A DNA stretch of 64,000 nt from an uncultured virus (IMG/VR IMGVR_UViG_2724679451_000017) (Duplodnaviria; Heunggongvirae; Uroviricota; Caudoviricetes), in the IMG/VR virus record IMGVR_UViG_2724679451_000017. One strand, 5' to 3'. A model generated the notes under the pieces. It did not search any database, was not told where the DNA came from, and worked only from the letters and a program-made list of their open reading frames with translations. Both the position numbers and the translations under genes were made by a program. Of the stretch, positions 1-9,685 are shown piece after piece (the first letter of the stretch is position 1; each line of letters starts with the position of its first letter).

Positions 1-74
1 TCTCAGGGTCATGGCTTATATGGAACAACTATGGCATTAATCGTTCAAAAGGATTAATGCCAACAAGACATCCC

Positions 75-246
75 CAGACAAGTCTAGACAAAAATCATAA
101 TAAAAACCTTAAATTTAAAGCTTTTCCCCTTTTTCGATATAGACAAAACCAGACAAGCTCAGACAAAATAAGACACCACAATTATGTACACAAGCGTGTA
201 CATATTCGAAAATTCTCTATTATCTCTTAAAAATTATGTACACAAG
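75..246. repeat. Candidate integrase arm-type/accessory binding repeats near att
   Basis: Clustered AGACAA repeats (~77-91, ~141-167); direct repeat ATTATGTACACAAG at 181-194 and 233-246; inverted ATGTACAC-N4-GTGTACAT at 184-203; all directly upstream of int. Confidence 0.55.
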
Positions 247-253
247 GTAGATT

Positions 254-1459
254 ATGGCTTTAACAGAAGCATGGCTTAAAGCCAATAATGGCAAGGCTCG
301 TGAGAAAGTTGAGGAGGTTGCAGATCGTGACGCAATGAGTGTTCGTATCTCTCCTAAAGGTAAAGTTGTGTTCCAGCTTCGGTACCGGTTTGCTGGAAAA
401 GCTGAGAGACTAGATTTAGGTACCTATCCTCACCTTTCGCTTAAAGATGCGCGTATTAAAGCTAGTGAAATGCGTTCACTATTAGATAAAGGTCAAAACC
501 CTAAAGTTGAAGAACGTGTAAAACAACAGAAATATATCGAGGCGAGCACACTTAAAGAAGTGTTCGATGATTGGTATGAAAGTTACTGTATTAAAAAGAA
601 AACGTCAGCCAAGGATATTAGAAGATCATTTGAACATCATGTTTTCGATGAAATTGGTGATTTACCAATTGAAAGAATTACGTTGCAGCAATGGTTAGCA
701 ATTCTTGAAGAGTTAGCAGAAGAAGTACCTTCAATCGCTGAAAGAATTTTAACTAACGCAAAGCAAGTTCTTAAATGGGCCAAAAAACGTGAAATTGTTG
801 AAGTGAACGTTTTATCAGATATATATGCTAAAGAAGATCTAGGTATTGAAAAGAATCGAGGTAAGCGTGTCTTAACTGATGAAGAAATTACCATGGTCTG
901 GAAGGCTATCGATGAATCAAAAGCTTTACTTAAAAATAAGATCTTTTTGAAACTATGCTTAATGTATGGCTGTCGTAACGGCGAACTAAGGAAAGCTCTA
1001 AAAAGTGACTTTGATTTAAAGCGTAAGGTTTGGATCGTACCAGTTGAAAATAATAAAGTTGGGAAAAAAACAGGTAGAGAAATTGTTCGTCCAATTTTGC
1101 CAGAAATGGAAGAGTTAATTGTTGAAGCTATGTCATTGAATGATAGTGAGTACTTCTTAACAAATGATGATGATGTAACACCAATGGGCCATGGTTCCTC
1201 AAATTCTCTTGCAGCGAATGTTATGGAGCGTTTGCGAAGACACTATAACTTTCATATGCCCCACTGGTCACTTCACGATTTACGTAGAACAGCTCGTACA
1301 AACTTTAGTGCATTCACGAGTCGTGATGTTGCTGAACTCATGATTGGGCATGTTATGCCAGGTGAGCAAGGTACATATGATTATTATGAATACCTTCCAC
1401 AACAAATAGAAGCTTATAGAAAATGGTTGGATAAACTTAACTCTCTAACTATTATTTAA
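254..1459 (+). CDS. int: Tyrosine recombinase/integrase, P4-like with N-terminal arm-binding domain
   Basis: N-terminal 'FQLRYRFAGK..LDLGTYP.LSLKDAR'; catalytic GCRNGE, HDLRR, IGH and downstream Tyr. Confidence 0.95.
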   Translation: MALTEAWLKANNGKAREKVEEVADRDAMSVRISPKGKVVFQLRYRFAGKAERLDLGTYPHLSLKDARIKASEMRSLLDKGQNPKVEERVKQQKYIEASTLKEVFDDWYESYCIKKKTSAKDIRRSFEHHVFDEIGDLPIERITLQQWLAILEELAEEVPSIAERILTNAKQVLKWAKKREIVEVNVLSDIYAKEDLGIEKNRGKRVLTDEEITMVWKAIDESKALLKNKIFLKLCLMYGCRNGELRKALKSDFDLKRKVWIVPVENNKVGKKTGREIVRPILPEMEELIVEAMSLNDSEYFLTNDDDVTPMGHGSSNSLAANVMERLRRHYNFHMPHWSLHDLRRTARTNFSAFTSRDVAELMIGHVMPGEQGTYDYYEYLPQQIEAYRKWLDKLNSLTII

Positions 1460-1492
1460 ACATTAAATGAAATGAATTATAGGTAATTAAAA

Positions 1493-1705
1493 ATGGCCGA
1501 ATATTTTGATGAAAATGAAATAGCTAGACAAGCTAGAGAATGGACAAAAGAAGATGTAATTCAAGTTATTAAATCATGGCAAATGGCTGATGAATTTTTT
1601 CAAGAAGAGCATATAGGCAATAGTAATCTTAAGGACCAAATTGAAGGGTCTAGAGAATGTCTAGCCATTATTATTGAGTTCATTAACACTCGTTGTACTG
1701 ATTAA
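1493..1705 (+). CDS. Hypothetical protein (70 aa)
   Basis: ORF with AGGT SD directly after int; no recognisable motif. Confidence 0.6.
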   Translation: MAEYFDENEIARQAREWTKEDVIQVIKSWQMADEFFQEEHIGNSNLKDQIEGSRECLAIIIEFINTRCTD

Positions 1706-1837
1706 CCCAATTAAGTAAGAGATATATAGTAGATTGAGTAAAAAATCATTTACCTATATCTTCTAATTTACAAATATTTATCGAGTTTAGTTAAGCGCAT
1801 TCCTGTTTTTTCTAAAATTTCTTATTTTTATTACATT

Positions 1838-2854
1838 ATGATTAACACTAGTAAAACATTTAAAGCTAATGGATATGACCATTTAGTTGAAGAAAGTTTC
1901 GGTATATTCCGTCTAACTTCTGGAAACAAGAACTTCAAAGGTTGGGTTATTTTTGAATTAATATCGACAATTAAAATTTCATCATATAGAACAGAAGCTG
2001 ATATTGATATTTCTATACATTATACTAATGGTTATAAGCTTGATAGAAATAGAAGCACTTTTACTTTTCAAGGTTCTTTCTTAAAGGATAGTGATGATAA
2101 TTTAAGAGCTAGCATATCTAAATCATCTACTACTGATGGTCATGGCGGAATTTATGTCCAACCCTCACAAATTCGTGGGCATCGTGTTGCAAGCTTAGCT
2201 ATGGACCATATCGTACAATTTCTAAAAAAATTTCCTGAACAAACAATTGTAAATTCAATCAAGTTTGAACCAGATAAAGACTTTATAGATATTGCTAAAA
2301 ATTTCTACTCTAAATTTGGAATACCTTTAGAAGGTAGTTTTCTGATAAGTGATTTAATAACAAATGATAATTGGAAAGAAAGGTTATCAGAATATTCAAT
2401 TCAAGATATATTTCACTTAAATGAATATTACACGCAAGAACTTCAATTTTTAAATAAGCAATATGAAGTACTAAAAAATATTACACATCAGCAATCTAAA
2501 GAAATGTTTAAGACATATAATATTATTTTTGGAACAAATAAAATTCCCGTTCCAGATTTTAGTTTCACCTTTAATGAGGTAGATATAGAGAATAAAATTA
2601 AGGAATTTAAAATCGATACAAAATCTGTTATCCCACTTTTAGAAAAGTTAAGTAGCCTTGAATTTAATATTAATGAAAAAAAATATCATAATAAGAATTT
2701 ACTAGCATCTATAGAAGCAGACAATAGAATATTATTTAAAAGGTTTGATACTCTACGTTTCATAAGAAAGTACAAACTAAACGCTTATTTTATTGTTTTT
2801 TTATTAGTATTAATTATAGTTATATATCTGAAAATAAGAACAACTATAGGATAA
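1838..2854 (+). CDS. Moron protein with GNAT-like motifs and C-terminal transmembrane helix
   Basis: 'IYVQPSQIRGHRVASLAM' and 'AKNFYSKFG' resemble GNAT motifs A/B; hydrophobic 'AYFIVFLLVLIIVIYL' at C-terminus; very AT-rich. Confidence 0.55.
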   Translation: MINTSKTFKANGYDHLVEESFGIFRLTSGNKNFKGWVIFELISTIKISSYRTEADIDISIHYTNGYKLDRNRSTFTFQGSFLKDSDDNLRASISKSSTTDGHGGIYVQPSQIRGHRVASLAMDHIVQFLKKFPEQTIVNSIKFEPDKDFIDIAKNFYSKFGIPLEGSFLISDLITNDNWKERLSEYSIQDIFHLNEYYTQELQFLNKQYEVLKNITHQQSKEMFKTYNIIFGTNKIPVPDFSFTFNEVDIENKIKEFKIDTKSVIPLLEKLSSLEFNINEKKYHNKNLLASIEADNRILFKRFDTLRFIRKYKLNAYFIVFLLVLIIVIYLKIRTTIG

Positions 2855-2858
2855 CCAC

Positions 2859-3494
2859 ATGTGTGCAAACTATGAACCTATATCTAAAGACCGAGTACAC
2901 CTACTAGATCTCCTTGAGCCAACATTCGACTACAAAGATGATGTTTATCCTGGCTACGACTGCCCTCTTATATTTTCTAAAGATGGTCAGATAGAATGGC
3001 GGCAAGTTAAATTCGGCATGATTCCACCTTGGAACCATGACCTTAAATTTTCTAAATACACATACAATGCTAGAACTGAGACAGTCGATACAAAGCCTAG
3101 TTTCCGACATGCATGGGCTAAAAGCCAGTTTGCTTTGATACCTGTAGAAAAGATCTATGAACCTCGGTATGTGAATGGCAAGGCTGAGCGCTGGGGTATC
3201 TATCGTGAAGACGGCTTACCTTTCACCGTTGCAGCAATTTACGACTCTACAGTGATTGATGGCCAACAAGTAAGATCAATGTCAATGTTGACTATTAATG
3301 CAGATAATCACCCTTTCATGAGTCAGTTTCATAAACCAGAAGATGAAAAGCGGTCTATTATCGTTATTCCTGACGAGTATCGAGAAGATTGGCTGAATTG
3401 CAAAAAAGAAGATGCAGATCAATTTTTCTTTGAAATGCCCTTAGGTGAATTTACTGCAGACTACTTCCCAAAACCAAAAAAAAGTGCAAATTAG
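2859..3494 (+). CDS. yedK: SOS response-associated peptidase (SRAP/HMCES family, abasic-site processing)
   Basis: N-terminal MC (catalytic Cys2), 'YNARTET', 'FHKPEDEKRS'; adjacent to umuDC. Confidence 0.9.
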   Translation: MCANYEPISKDRVHLLDLLEPTFDYKDDVYPGYDCPLIFSKDGQIEWRQVKFGMIPPWNHDLKFSKYTYNARTETVDTKPSFRHAWAKSQFALIPVEKIYEPRYVNGKAERWGIYREDGLPFTVAAIYDSTVIDGQQVRSMSMLTINADNHPFMSQFHKPEDEKRSIIVIPDEYREDWLNCKKEDADQFFFEMPLGEFTADYFPKPKKSAN

Positions 3495-3604
3495 CACCGT
3501 TGAATTTCCGACCAAATGCACTAACTAATGCGACAAGTAATGACTAGTCATTATTTATGCACAATTTTTTTAATTTGAATTTAAACCAAGCTCTAGCATA
3601 TCAT

Positions 3605-3627
3605 CTTGATTATGTAACGAAATCAAG
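3605..3627 (+). promoter_or_regulatory. UmuDAb-type DNA-damage repressor box
   Basis: CTTGATTATGTAACGAAATCAAG: TTGA-N13-TCAA palindrome with central ATGTAAC, like the Acinetobacter box as I recall it (TTGAAAATGTAACTTTTTCAA); overlaps the umuD SD. Confidence 0.75.
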
Positions 3628-3635
3628 GAGTAACT

Positions 3636-4136
3636 ATGAGCATTATCCCCAATTCCATTATCGAAATTAAACCACATCTCAATGCTGGCAAGGTATTGAG
3701 TGAGGTTGAATCCATAAAATTAGTTTCACCTACTACTTTTTTTTCAATACCTTTAGCTATAGAAAAAGTTTCAGCTGGTTTTCCCTCTCCTGCTCAAGAT
3801 TATGTTGATCGAACTCTCGACATGAATGAGCACCTAATTAAAAATGAAGAAGCAACATTTATTGTTAGAGTGGCATCACTTTCGATGCTTAACGCTGGCA
3901 TTGATATTGATGATGAGTTGATTGTTGATCGTAGTCTTGATGCTAAACACAACGATATTGTTGTTGCACTTATAGATAATGATTTTACTGTTAAACGCTT
4001 AATGATTGATGAAAATGAGCGTTGGTTAAAAGCTGAAAACCCAGATTATGATGATATTCATCTTCATGACGGGCAAGAACTAATAATTTGGGGTGTAGTT
4101 ACTTATATTCTAAAAAATACAAGAAAAAAATCATGA
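3636..4136 (+). CDS. umuD: DNA polymerase V accessory subunit UmuD (S24 peptidase)
   Basis: 'VSAGFPSPA' Ala-Gly cleavage site, catalytic Ser (SM) and Lys (TVK). Confidence 0.95.
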   Translation: MSIIPNSIIEIKPHLNAGKVLSEVESIKLVSPTTFFSIPLAIEKVSAGFPSPAQDYVDRTLDMNEHLIKNEEATFIVRVASLSMLNAGIDIDDELIVDRSLDAKHNDIVVALIDNDFTVKRLMIDENERWLKAENPDYDDIHLHDGQELIIWGVVTYILKNTRKKS

Positions 4137-5431
4137 GACATGAAGATAAAGTCTTTTTTCTCATAGATGTTAATAACATGTACGTCTCATGTGAACGAGT
4201 CTTTAATCCAAGTTTAAACAATAAACCAGTCATCGTTTTGTCAAATAACGATGGATGTGCCGTTGCGCGCAGCAATGAAGCAAAAAATTTAAATATAAAA
4301 ATGGGGGTGCCATTATTCCAGATCAGAGACATAGTAAAAAAACACAATGTTATTGTTCTCTCTAGCAATTATGAACTTTACGCTGAAATGTCGCGCAGAT
4401 TTCATAAGATTCTTGCATCGTATGTAACTGATGAAGAAGTTGAGAAATATTCAATAGATGAGTGTTTTGTTGATTTTTCAGCTTATGAAAAAAATTTTGA
4501 CCTAGAAAAGGTCGCTCAGGATATGCGCCTAAAAATATGGAAATGGATTGGTTTGCCCGTGTGCGTAGGTATTGGTCGCAGCAAGACGGAGGCAAAGATA
4601 TCCAATCATATAGCTAAGAAAAATCAAGGCTTTAACGGCGTTTGTGATCTCGTAAACATGGATCCGTGCAATAAAGAATATTACTTTGCTCAAATAGATG
4701 TGAGTGAAGTCTGGGGGGTCGGCCGTAAACATGCAAAAAAGTTGCAAAGCATGGGAATTAATACAGTGCTTGATCTAGCTTGTGCTGAACCACGTGAAAT
4801 GCAAAAACGCTTTTCTATTGTTATGGCTCGTACTATTAACGAGCTACAAGGCATCTCTTGCCTAGAAATTGAAGACACTCCGCCATCTAAAAAGCAAATT
4901 ATTAAGTCATGTTCTTTTGGTGGGAAAGTTACCGAACTTATTGACCTACAAGAAGCAATAGCTATGCATGCACAAGAAGCTTGTAAGAGATTGAGAGATG
5001 ATGAATCATTATGCGGCTGTCTTATTGTTTTTGTTCAATCAAGTCCTTTTGATGAAAAAGTACCGTTTTATAACAAGTCAATAACCGGCTCATTTTCACA
5101 ACCAACAGATTGTGCGTTAGATTTCGTAAAAGCTGCAACAAAAATGGTTTCTCACATTTATAAAGAAGGTATTAAGTATAAAAAATGTGGGGTTATATTG
5201 ACTGGGCTAGAACCTAAATCTGGTCACATTTATGACCTTCTCACAGATTTTGATGCTATAGAAAAGAAAGAACAATTGATGAAAACACTAGATAACGTAC
5301 ACACAAAATTCGGGAAGAAAAAACTTGGTATAAGTACTTGTTATGTACCAGGTCGCAACTGGTCAATGTCACGGGATAAATTAAGTAAGAATCCTTTTAA
5401 ATGGGATGAACTACCTTTAATAACTAAATGA
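4133..5431 (+). CDS. umuC: Y-family DNA polymerase V catalytic subunit UmuC
   Basis: '[11 protein letters not shown]', 'SNNDGC', 'YSIDE', C-terminal 'WSMSRDKLS'; start placed at the ATGA overlap with the umuD stop. Confidence 0.95.
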   Translation: MRHEDKVFFLIDVNNMYVSCERVFNPSLNNKPVIVLSNNDGCAVARSNEAKNLNIKMGVPLFQIRDIVKKHNVIVLSSNYELYAEMSRRFHKILASYVTDEEVEKYSIDECFVDFSAYEKNFDLEKVAQDMRLKIWKWIGLPVCVGIGRSKTEAKISNHIAKKNQGFNGVCDLVNMDPCNKEYYFAQIDVSEVWGVGRKHAKKLQSMGINTVLDLACAEPREMQKRFSIVMARTINELQGISCLEIEDTPPSKKQIIKSCSFGGKVTELIDLQEAIAMHAQEACKRLRDDESLCGCLIVFVQSSPFDEKVPFYNKSITGSFSQPTDCALDFVKAATKMVSHIYKEGIKYKKCGVILTGLEPKSGHIYDLLTDFDAIEKKEQLMKTLDNVHTKFGKKKLGISTCYVPGRNWSMSRDKLSKNPFKWDELPLITK

Positions 5432-5585
5432 GCAAATTTCTGCTCAATTTTATAGATTTATAAAACTTTTGAGCATTTTTTTGCTCATTTCATCTATCGG
5501 AAAATTTATAGAACTTTATTAAAAAATCATCTGGATTTAAATTTAAGAATATCTAAAATAAGCTTTTTTCAAAAATACCTTAGTT

Positions 5586-6236
5586 ATGAATCAAAAAATT
5601 AAAGCTATATTAATTGATACTTTTGGTTGGATTGCTTCCATTTGTATCATGTTTTTCTTTTTTACTTTGTGGTTATATTCCTATAATGGCATTGAATCTC
5701 CCCTTAAAGAAGCTTGGTCACTAACAATAAGTGTTCTTTCAGCTCTAGCCACTCTTGGAGCAGCTATCATTGCTGCAAAACTTTTTAATGATTGGAGAGA
5801 GCAAGAACAATACAATCAAAAAAGTTCTCAAATTAATAAAGTAATTATGAATGCAGAAGAATTTGAAAAAATAATAAACAATATGAAGCTTCCACTTGCA
5901 AGATATAATGGAAACATAATGAAAAAAGGTGATTTTTTTAATTTTCTTATTGAGTCATATTCAAAAATTGAAGACGAAAGCTCAAATATATTTAATAATT
6001 TAAATCATTTATCAGAAATAGGTAATAAAGGTTTCTCATCTGAAAAATTATTTACAGAATTCCAAGAAGAATATTTGAAATTTAGAGATAAATTAGAAGT
6101 AGTTATTTTAAGTATTGAAACAATTGAGCCTCTGAATAAAGAACTTTATGACCTAAAATATGCGATGGAGGATACAAAAGAAATTATTAACTCAAATTTA
6201 GTAAGAACTTTAAGAGCCGGTTTAAGAAAAATTTAA
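5586..6236 (+). CDS. Moron membrane protein (2 N-terminal TM helices plus helical domain)
   Basis: Two hydrophobic segments then 'LFNDWREQE'; AT-rich. Confidence 0.7.
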   Translation: MNQKIKAILIDTFGWIASICIMFFFFTLWLYSYNGIESPLKEAWSLTISVLSALATLGAAIIAAKLFNDWREQEQYNQKSSQINKVIMNAEEFEKIINNMKLPLARYNGNIMKKGDFFNFLIESYSKIEDESSNIFNNLNHLSEIGNKGFSSEKLFTEFQEEYLKFRDKLEVVILSIETIEPLNKELYDLKYAMEDTKEIINSNLVRTLRAGLRKI

Positions 6237-6377
6237 AAACTAATCTATAAATTGTTTTTTATATTAAGAAATTTTCAATACAAAAAATGGATGGTCAGAA
6301 CAATAAAAAATATACAGTATTGTCTACCCTCTCTTTGGTATTCTTTTGTCACTTCAAGAAAATAAGAAGGAAAAGAT

Positions 6378-6920
6378 TTGGCAACACCATATATAACAAT
6401 AGGCTGCCCGACCACTGGTGGCGGTCAAGTAATTTCTGGAAACAGTATGTTTCTAATTGACGGTATTCCCGTCGCCTGCGTCGGCGATAAAGCAACATGC
6501 CCAACTCATAAAGTCGTTGCTACGATTGTCTCAGGCGATCCATACATGCAAATTTTTGGTAAGGCTGCTGCTCGAGTGAATGACTCACTTTCATGTGGCT
6601 GTAAATTACTGCCTCAACAAAACTTAGTTGTGCAAGACAATGGAGGTGGAGCCGTTCAAGGTTCTCAAGCAAGTAACGCTACTCAAGATAGCTTTATGCC
6701 TCAGACTGATGAACACGGGATTAAATTTCAGTTAAAAGACCAAGAAACGGGTAAACCACTTGCACAACAATACTTCAAATTACAAGGTCCTGATGGCAGT
6801 GAAATTGAAGGATTTACTGATGAAAATGGATTTACAGAGCTAATCAAAACAGGCACCGAAGCAAAAGAAATCGACTTAACAACTTTCGATTTATCTCAGC
6901 CAATGGCTAAGTGGGAATAA
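6378..6920 (+). CDS. PAAR-domain protein with C-terminal transthyretin-like extension
   Basis: 'GCPTTGGGQV', 'PVACVGDKATCPTH', 'AAARVNDSLSCGC'; linker; 'FQLKDQETGKPL..YFKL..EGFTDENGFT'. TTG start with AAGGA SD. Confidence 0.9.
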   Translation: MATPYITIGCPTTGGGQVISGNSMFLIDGIPVACVGDKATCPTHKVVATIVSGDPYMQIFGKAAARVNDSLSCGCKLLPQQNLVVQDNGGGAVQGSQASNATQDSFMPQTDEHGIKFQLKDQETGKPLAQQYFKLQGPDGSEIEGFTDENGFTELIKTGTEAKEIDLTTFDLSQPMAKWE

Positions 6921-6923
6921 ATA

Positions 6924-7619
6924 ATGTCTGATAAAAATTTAAGAGATCCTTACAACCGACATTTAGCAGATTCATCCCCAGCATGGGATGCTTATCCTCA
7001 CGAAGAAAAAGTATGTGTTATAACCGAACCACTCTGTAACGACCATATCAAGATTCGTAATTATTATATGGCCCGACCTTATAACTTCATGATGCGAGTT
7101 AACCAATGGGCAGAAGTAGCAAACACCATTGAACTATTAATGGCTGTTCGGTTTGGTATGGAATGGGACATGAATAAGTTTGACGATCGACTTCTTGCCG
7201 ATCCGGGCTTTCATACCCAAATGTACATTCGTTTCCATAATTACGTACTTAAACATGCCATGAAAGAAGGTGCCCGAATCGTTGGTGAATTCCAACAAAC
7301 AGCCTTTAAGGTTCGCTTTTTAAGTGCCTTTGCAGTTGATGAACTGCTTGAATTACGAAATCTGAGCAAGTTCGATCAAGGCAAAGAAATATATGGAAAA
7401 ATTCAAGACCTCAAAGATACATTTGCAAAGCTAAATGCTGCAAGGGCTACTACCGATTTAGCACAATTAAGAATGAATGATGGGCCATTATTCATCAATC
7501 GTGAAATGTTTAAAAAAGTCTTTAATCAAGACTTTAACCCTAAGATGATTCAGATAATGAAACAAACTAGAGAGTATCCTGGAGATCCTATTAATGTTCG
7601 TGAAAAAGGGCTTTATTAG
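6924..7619 (+). CDS. Hypothetical protein, putative T6SS cargo effector
   Basis: 3 nt after the PAAR stop; overlaps the downstream lipoprotein gene. Function inferred from context only. Confidence 0.6.
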   Translation: MSDKNLRDPYNRHLADSSPAWDAYPHEEKVCVITEPLCNDHIKIRNYYMARPYNFMMRVNQWAEVANTIELLMAVRFGMEWDMNKFDDRLLADPGFHTQMYIRFHNYVLKHAMKEGARIVGEFQQTAFKVRFLSAFAVDELLELRNLSKFDQGKEIYGKIQDLKDTFAKLNAARATTDLAQLRMNDGPLFINREMFKKVFNQDFNPKMIQIMKQTREYPGDPINVREKGLY

Positions 7620-8085
7620 TCCATTACAAATAACCCTAGCCTCTATACTTTGTCTAACTATTAGCGGATGTGCCAATACTCAAGTTAATAACCCCAGAGA
7701 GGCTGTTATTAATTCTACTCGCGGGGCGGTAGATATGTTGATTATGGACCAGCCAGTTTATAGAAATGCAATTGCTAACGAGAAGAACAAGGTTACAAAT
7801 GCTTTACTTTACACAACCTTAAAGAAAGTGGGGGTTTTAAGAGAGCTTGAGAAAGAGATAGGTAATAACTATGTAATTGAAGAAGATCTATCTTTAGCAA
7901 AACTAAATCAATTATGCTGGACAACTAAATTTCTTCAGCATTATAGAAATGACTTATCCGCCGAGTCGCAGGCTGATTATCAAAAAGTTTACGCTTGGGT
8001 AGATGCTAAACAATCGCTATGGATAAAAAAGCTGAATGAATCTTTTAGTAAAGATGAACTCGGTGAGAATGATTGCCGAAATTAA
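7594..8085 (+). CDS. Lipoprotein, putative immunity protein
   Basis: Signal peptide with lipobox 'ISGC'; last gene before the terminator. Confidence 0.7.
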   Translation: MFVKKGFISPLQITLASILCLTISGCANTQVNNPREAVINSTRGAVDMLIMDQPVYRNAIANEKNKVTNALLYTTLKKVGVLRELEKEIGNNYVIEEDLSLAKLNQLCWTTKFLQHYRNDLSAESQADYQKVYAWVDAKQSLWIKKLNESFSKDELGENDCRN

Positions 8086-8089
8086 ACTT

Positions 8090-8122
8090 TAAAAAAAGCC
8101 CTGAATATTCAGGGCTTTTTTT
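8090..8122. terminator. Bidirectional rho-independent terminator
   Basis: A-run, GCCCTGAA-TA-TTCAGGGC, T-run between convergent operons. Confidence 0.85.
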
Positions 8123-8215
8123 AAAGTGCTTTAACGCAAATAGATACGTTTACATTGCTATTGATTGTATGTGCCGTACAGCCGCATAAAAGAAAGCTTA
8201 GTAATAGTAACTTCA

Positions 8216-8986
8216 TTATGCTTCAGTAACTCTAATTGCTGTCACGCCACTTAATTGCGGTAAGTTGTAACGTTTGCTAGCTGGTTGAGTTGTACGACCA
8301 TACCATCTGAATTCTTGAAAGTCAGAGTCATTATAAAGTGCATAACAAACTTTATTTGACTGATTGCCTCCAAGGCATACTAACTTTCCAGACTTTTTGT
8401 CACGGCCAACTACAAAACAAACATGCCCACCACCCTTTCGAGTTTTAATAGCTACACAACCGTAAGCGGGTTTAGCTAATTTTGTACCATAATTCACATA
8501 ATCCAATGCACGGTACCAATGCTTAGGATAAGCAATTCCAGCTGATTTCAAGCAATGTGCAACGAAGGTCCCGCACCAAGCCGTTTCATCGTCAGCCCAC
8601 CAAGCCTTTAGCTCCGAGAGCCATTTTAAAATAGTTGGGTTATGCTGTTTACCAGGTATTTCTTGAAGGCCAAGATGCTTTTTTGCTTCTGCAATCCAAG
8701 CTAATTCATCAGGCTTTGTTGGTGTTGGGATATTCAATAAAGAATTGATCCCTACTAACTGGCCTGTTAATTGCGGGCCATTAAGTCGTGGTTGAGAAAT
8801 TTTCTTTCCAATCCATGACAGAACAAGCATCAAAGTACCAGTAACAAATGCATGATATTTTTCAGGAATAACTTCATAATCAACACCCCATTGTAGTGCT
8901 GGCAATAAAATTAGCATGATGAATGCACCTACGGCGGGTAACTTAACAGATAGATACTGCCAAGCATTGTTTTCAATTAACTTCAT
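8216..8986 (-). CDS. Endolysin, NlpC/P60-like (TIGR02594-type), with two N-terminal TM helices
   Basis: 'DETAWCGTFV', 'GGGHVCFVVG', 'LGGNQSN'; hydrophobic N-terminal ~60 aa. Confidence 0.85.
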   Translation of the reverse strand: MKLIENNAWQYLSVKLPAVGAFIMLILLPALQWGVDYEVIPEKYHAFVTGTLMLVLSWIGKKISQPRLNGPQLTGQLVGINSLLNIPTPTKPDELAWIAEAKKHLGLQEIPGKQHNPTILKWLSELKAWWADDETAWCGTFVAHCLKSAGIAYPKHWYRALDYVNYGTKLAKPAYGCVAIKTRKGGGHVCFVVGRDKKSGKLVCLGGNQSNKVCYALYNDSDFQEFRWYGRTTQPASKRYNLPQLSGVTAIRVTEA

Positions 8987-9270
8987 TCATCTTTCCTCTT
9001 TCGTAAATTATCTTGCTCTAGAGCTTCTAAAGCTTTGATTCGTAATTCGCTTTCTTTTTCACGTAATTCACTTTCTTTACGTTCTCTGCGGTCACGTCTC
9101 CACTGAAAAATGAAACTTATGAATAGGCCAACAACAGCCACTATTGCACCTGTATAGCTCAACCAATTAATTGAAGTTAAAGAACCAAATGCGCTTGCTA
9201 AACCACTCCAGAAGGTAGTTTTATTAGCAAAAGTTGTGACTGTGACTTCAATTGCCTGATGATCAGACAT
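8983..9270 (-). CDS. Holin-like membrane protein
   Basis: TM segment followed by highly charged 'WRRDRRERKE' tail; overlaps the lysin start. Confidence 0.7.
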   Translation of the reverse strand: MSDHQAIEVTVTTFANKTTFWSGLASAFGSLTSINWLSYTGAIVAVVGLFISFIFQWRRDRRERKESELREKESELRIKALEALEQDNLRKRKDE

Positions 9271-9299
9271 GACCTATTCCCCACGTTTCATTTGGAGCT

Positions 9300-9340
9300 A
9301 TTTTTGCAAGTGTTATTGTTCTAAATAGAGTATGGTTCCA
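9300..9340 (-). promoter_or_regulatory. Putative late promoter (lysis genes)
   Basis: TGGAAC-N29-AAAAAT, 65 nt before the holin ATG. Confidence 0.75.
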
Positions 9341-9391
9341 AATACAAAGCACGAAAAAAGTCTGAATTAATCAGACTTTTCTACATGAAAA

Positions 9392-9685
9392 CTATCGGCC
9401 TCTACTTGCTAGGGCATTTAATCCCTTAATGACTTCTTGACCTAATTTTAAGAATACGTTGTGACGTTCAATTTCATTTTCTAAATACTTCTTGCGGTTT
9501 TCCCATGCTGATGAATTGAAGTAAGTACTTTCAAAACTCAAAGGCATTTTTAATGCATCCGATAAAGGCATTGGGCAGTTTTCAGAAATACTACTTGCTG
9601 TCTCAAGCAAAAGATCGGTCCAACTCTTTGATGATTCCTGTAAAGATGGAAGCGGTGCGAAATCGTGCAGGCGCGTCATCTGCAC
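9392..9685 (-). CDS. Hypothetical phage protein overlapping the upstream gene (possible chaperone extension)
   Basis: 97-aa ORF with ~80 nt overlap, followed by a hairpin at ~9355-9380. Confidence 0.6.
   Translation of the reverse strand: MQMTRLHDFAPLPSLQESSKSWTDLLLETASSISENCPMPLSDALKMPLSFESTYFNSSAWENRKKYLENEIERHNVFLKLGQEVIKGLNALASRGR

Noticed and set aside
6378..6920. PAAR as the phage's own spike tip
   Set aside because: Opposite strand, no late promoter, effector/immunity-like neighbours, and the phage spike continues C-terminally into a long fibre.
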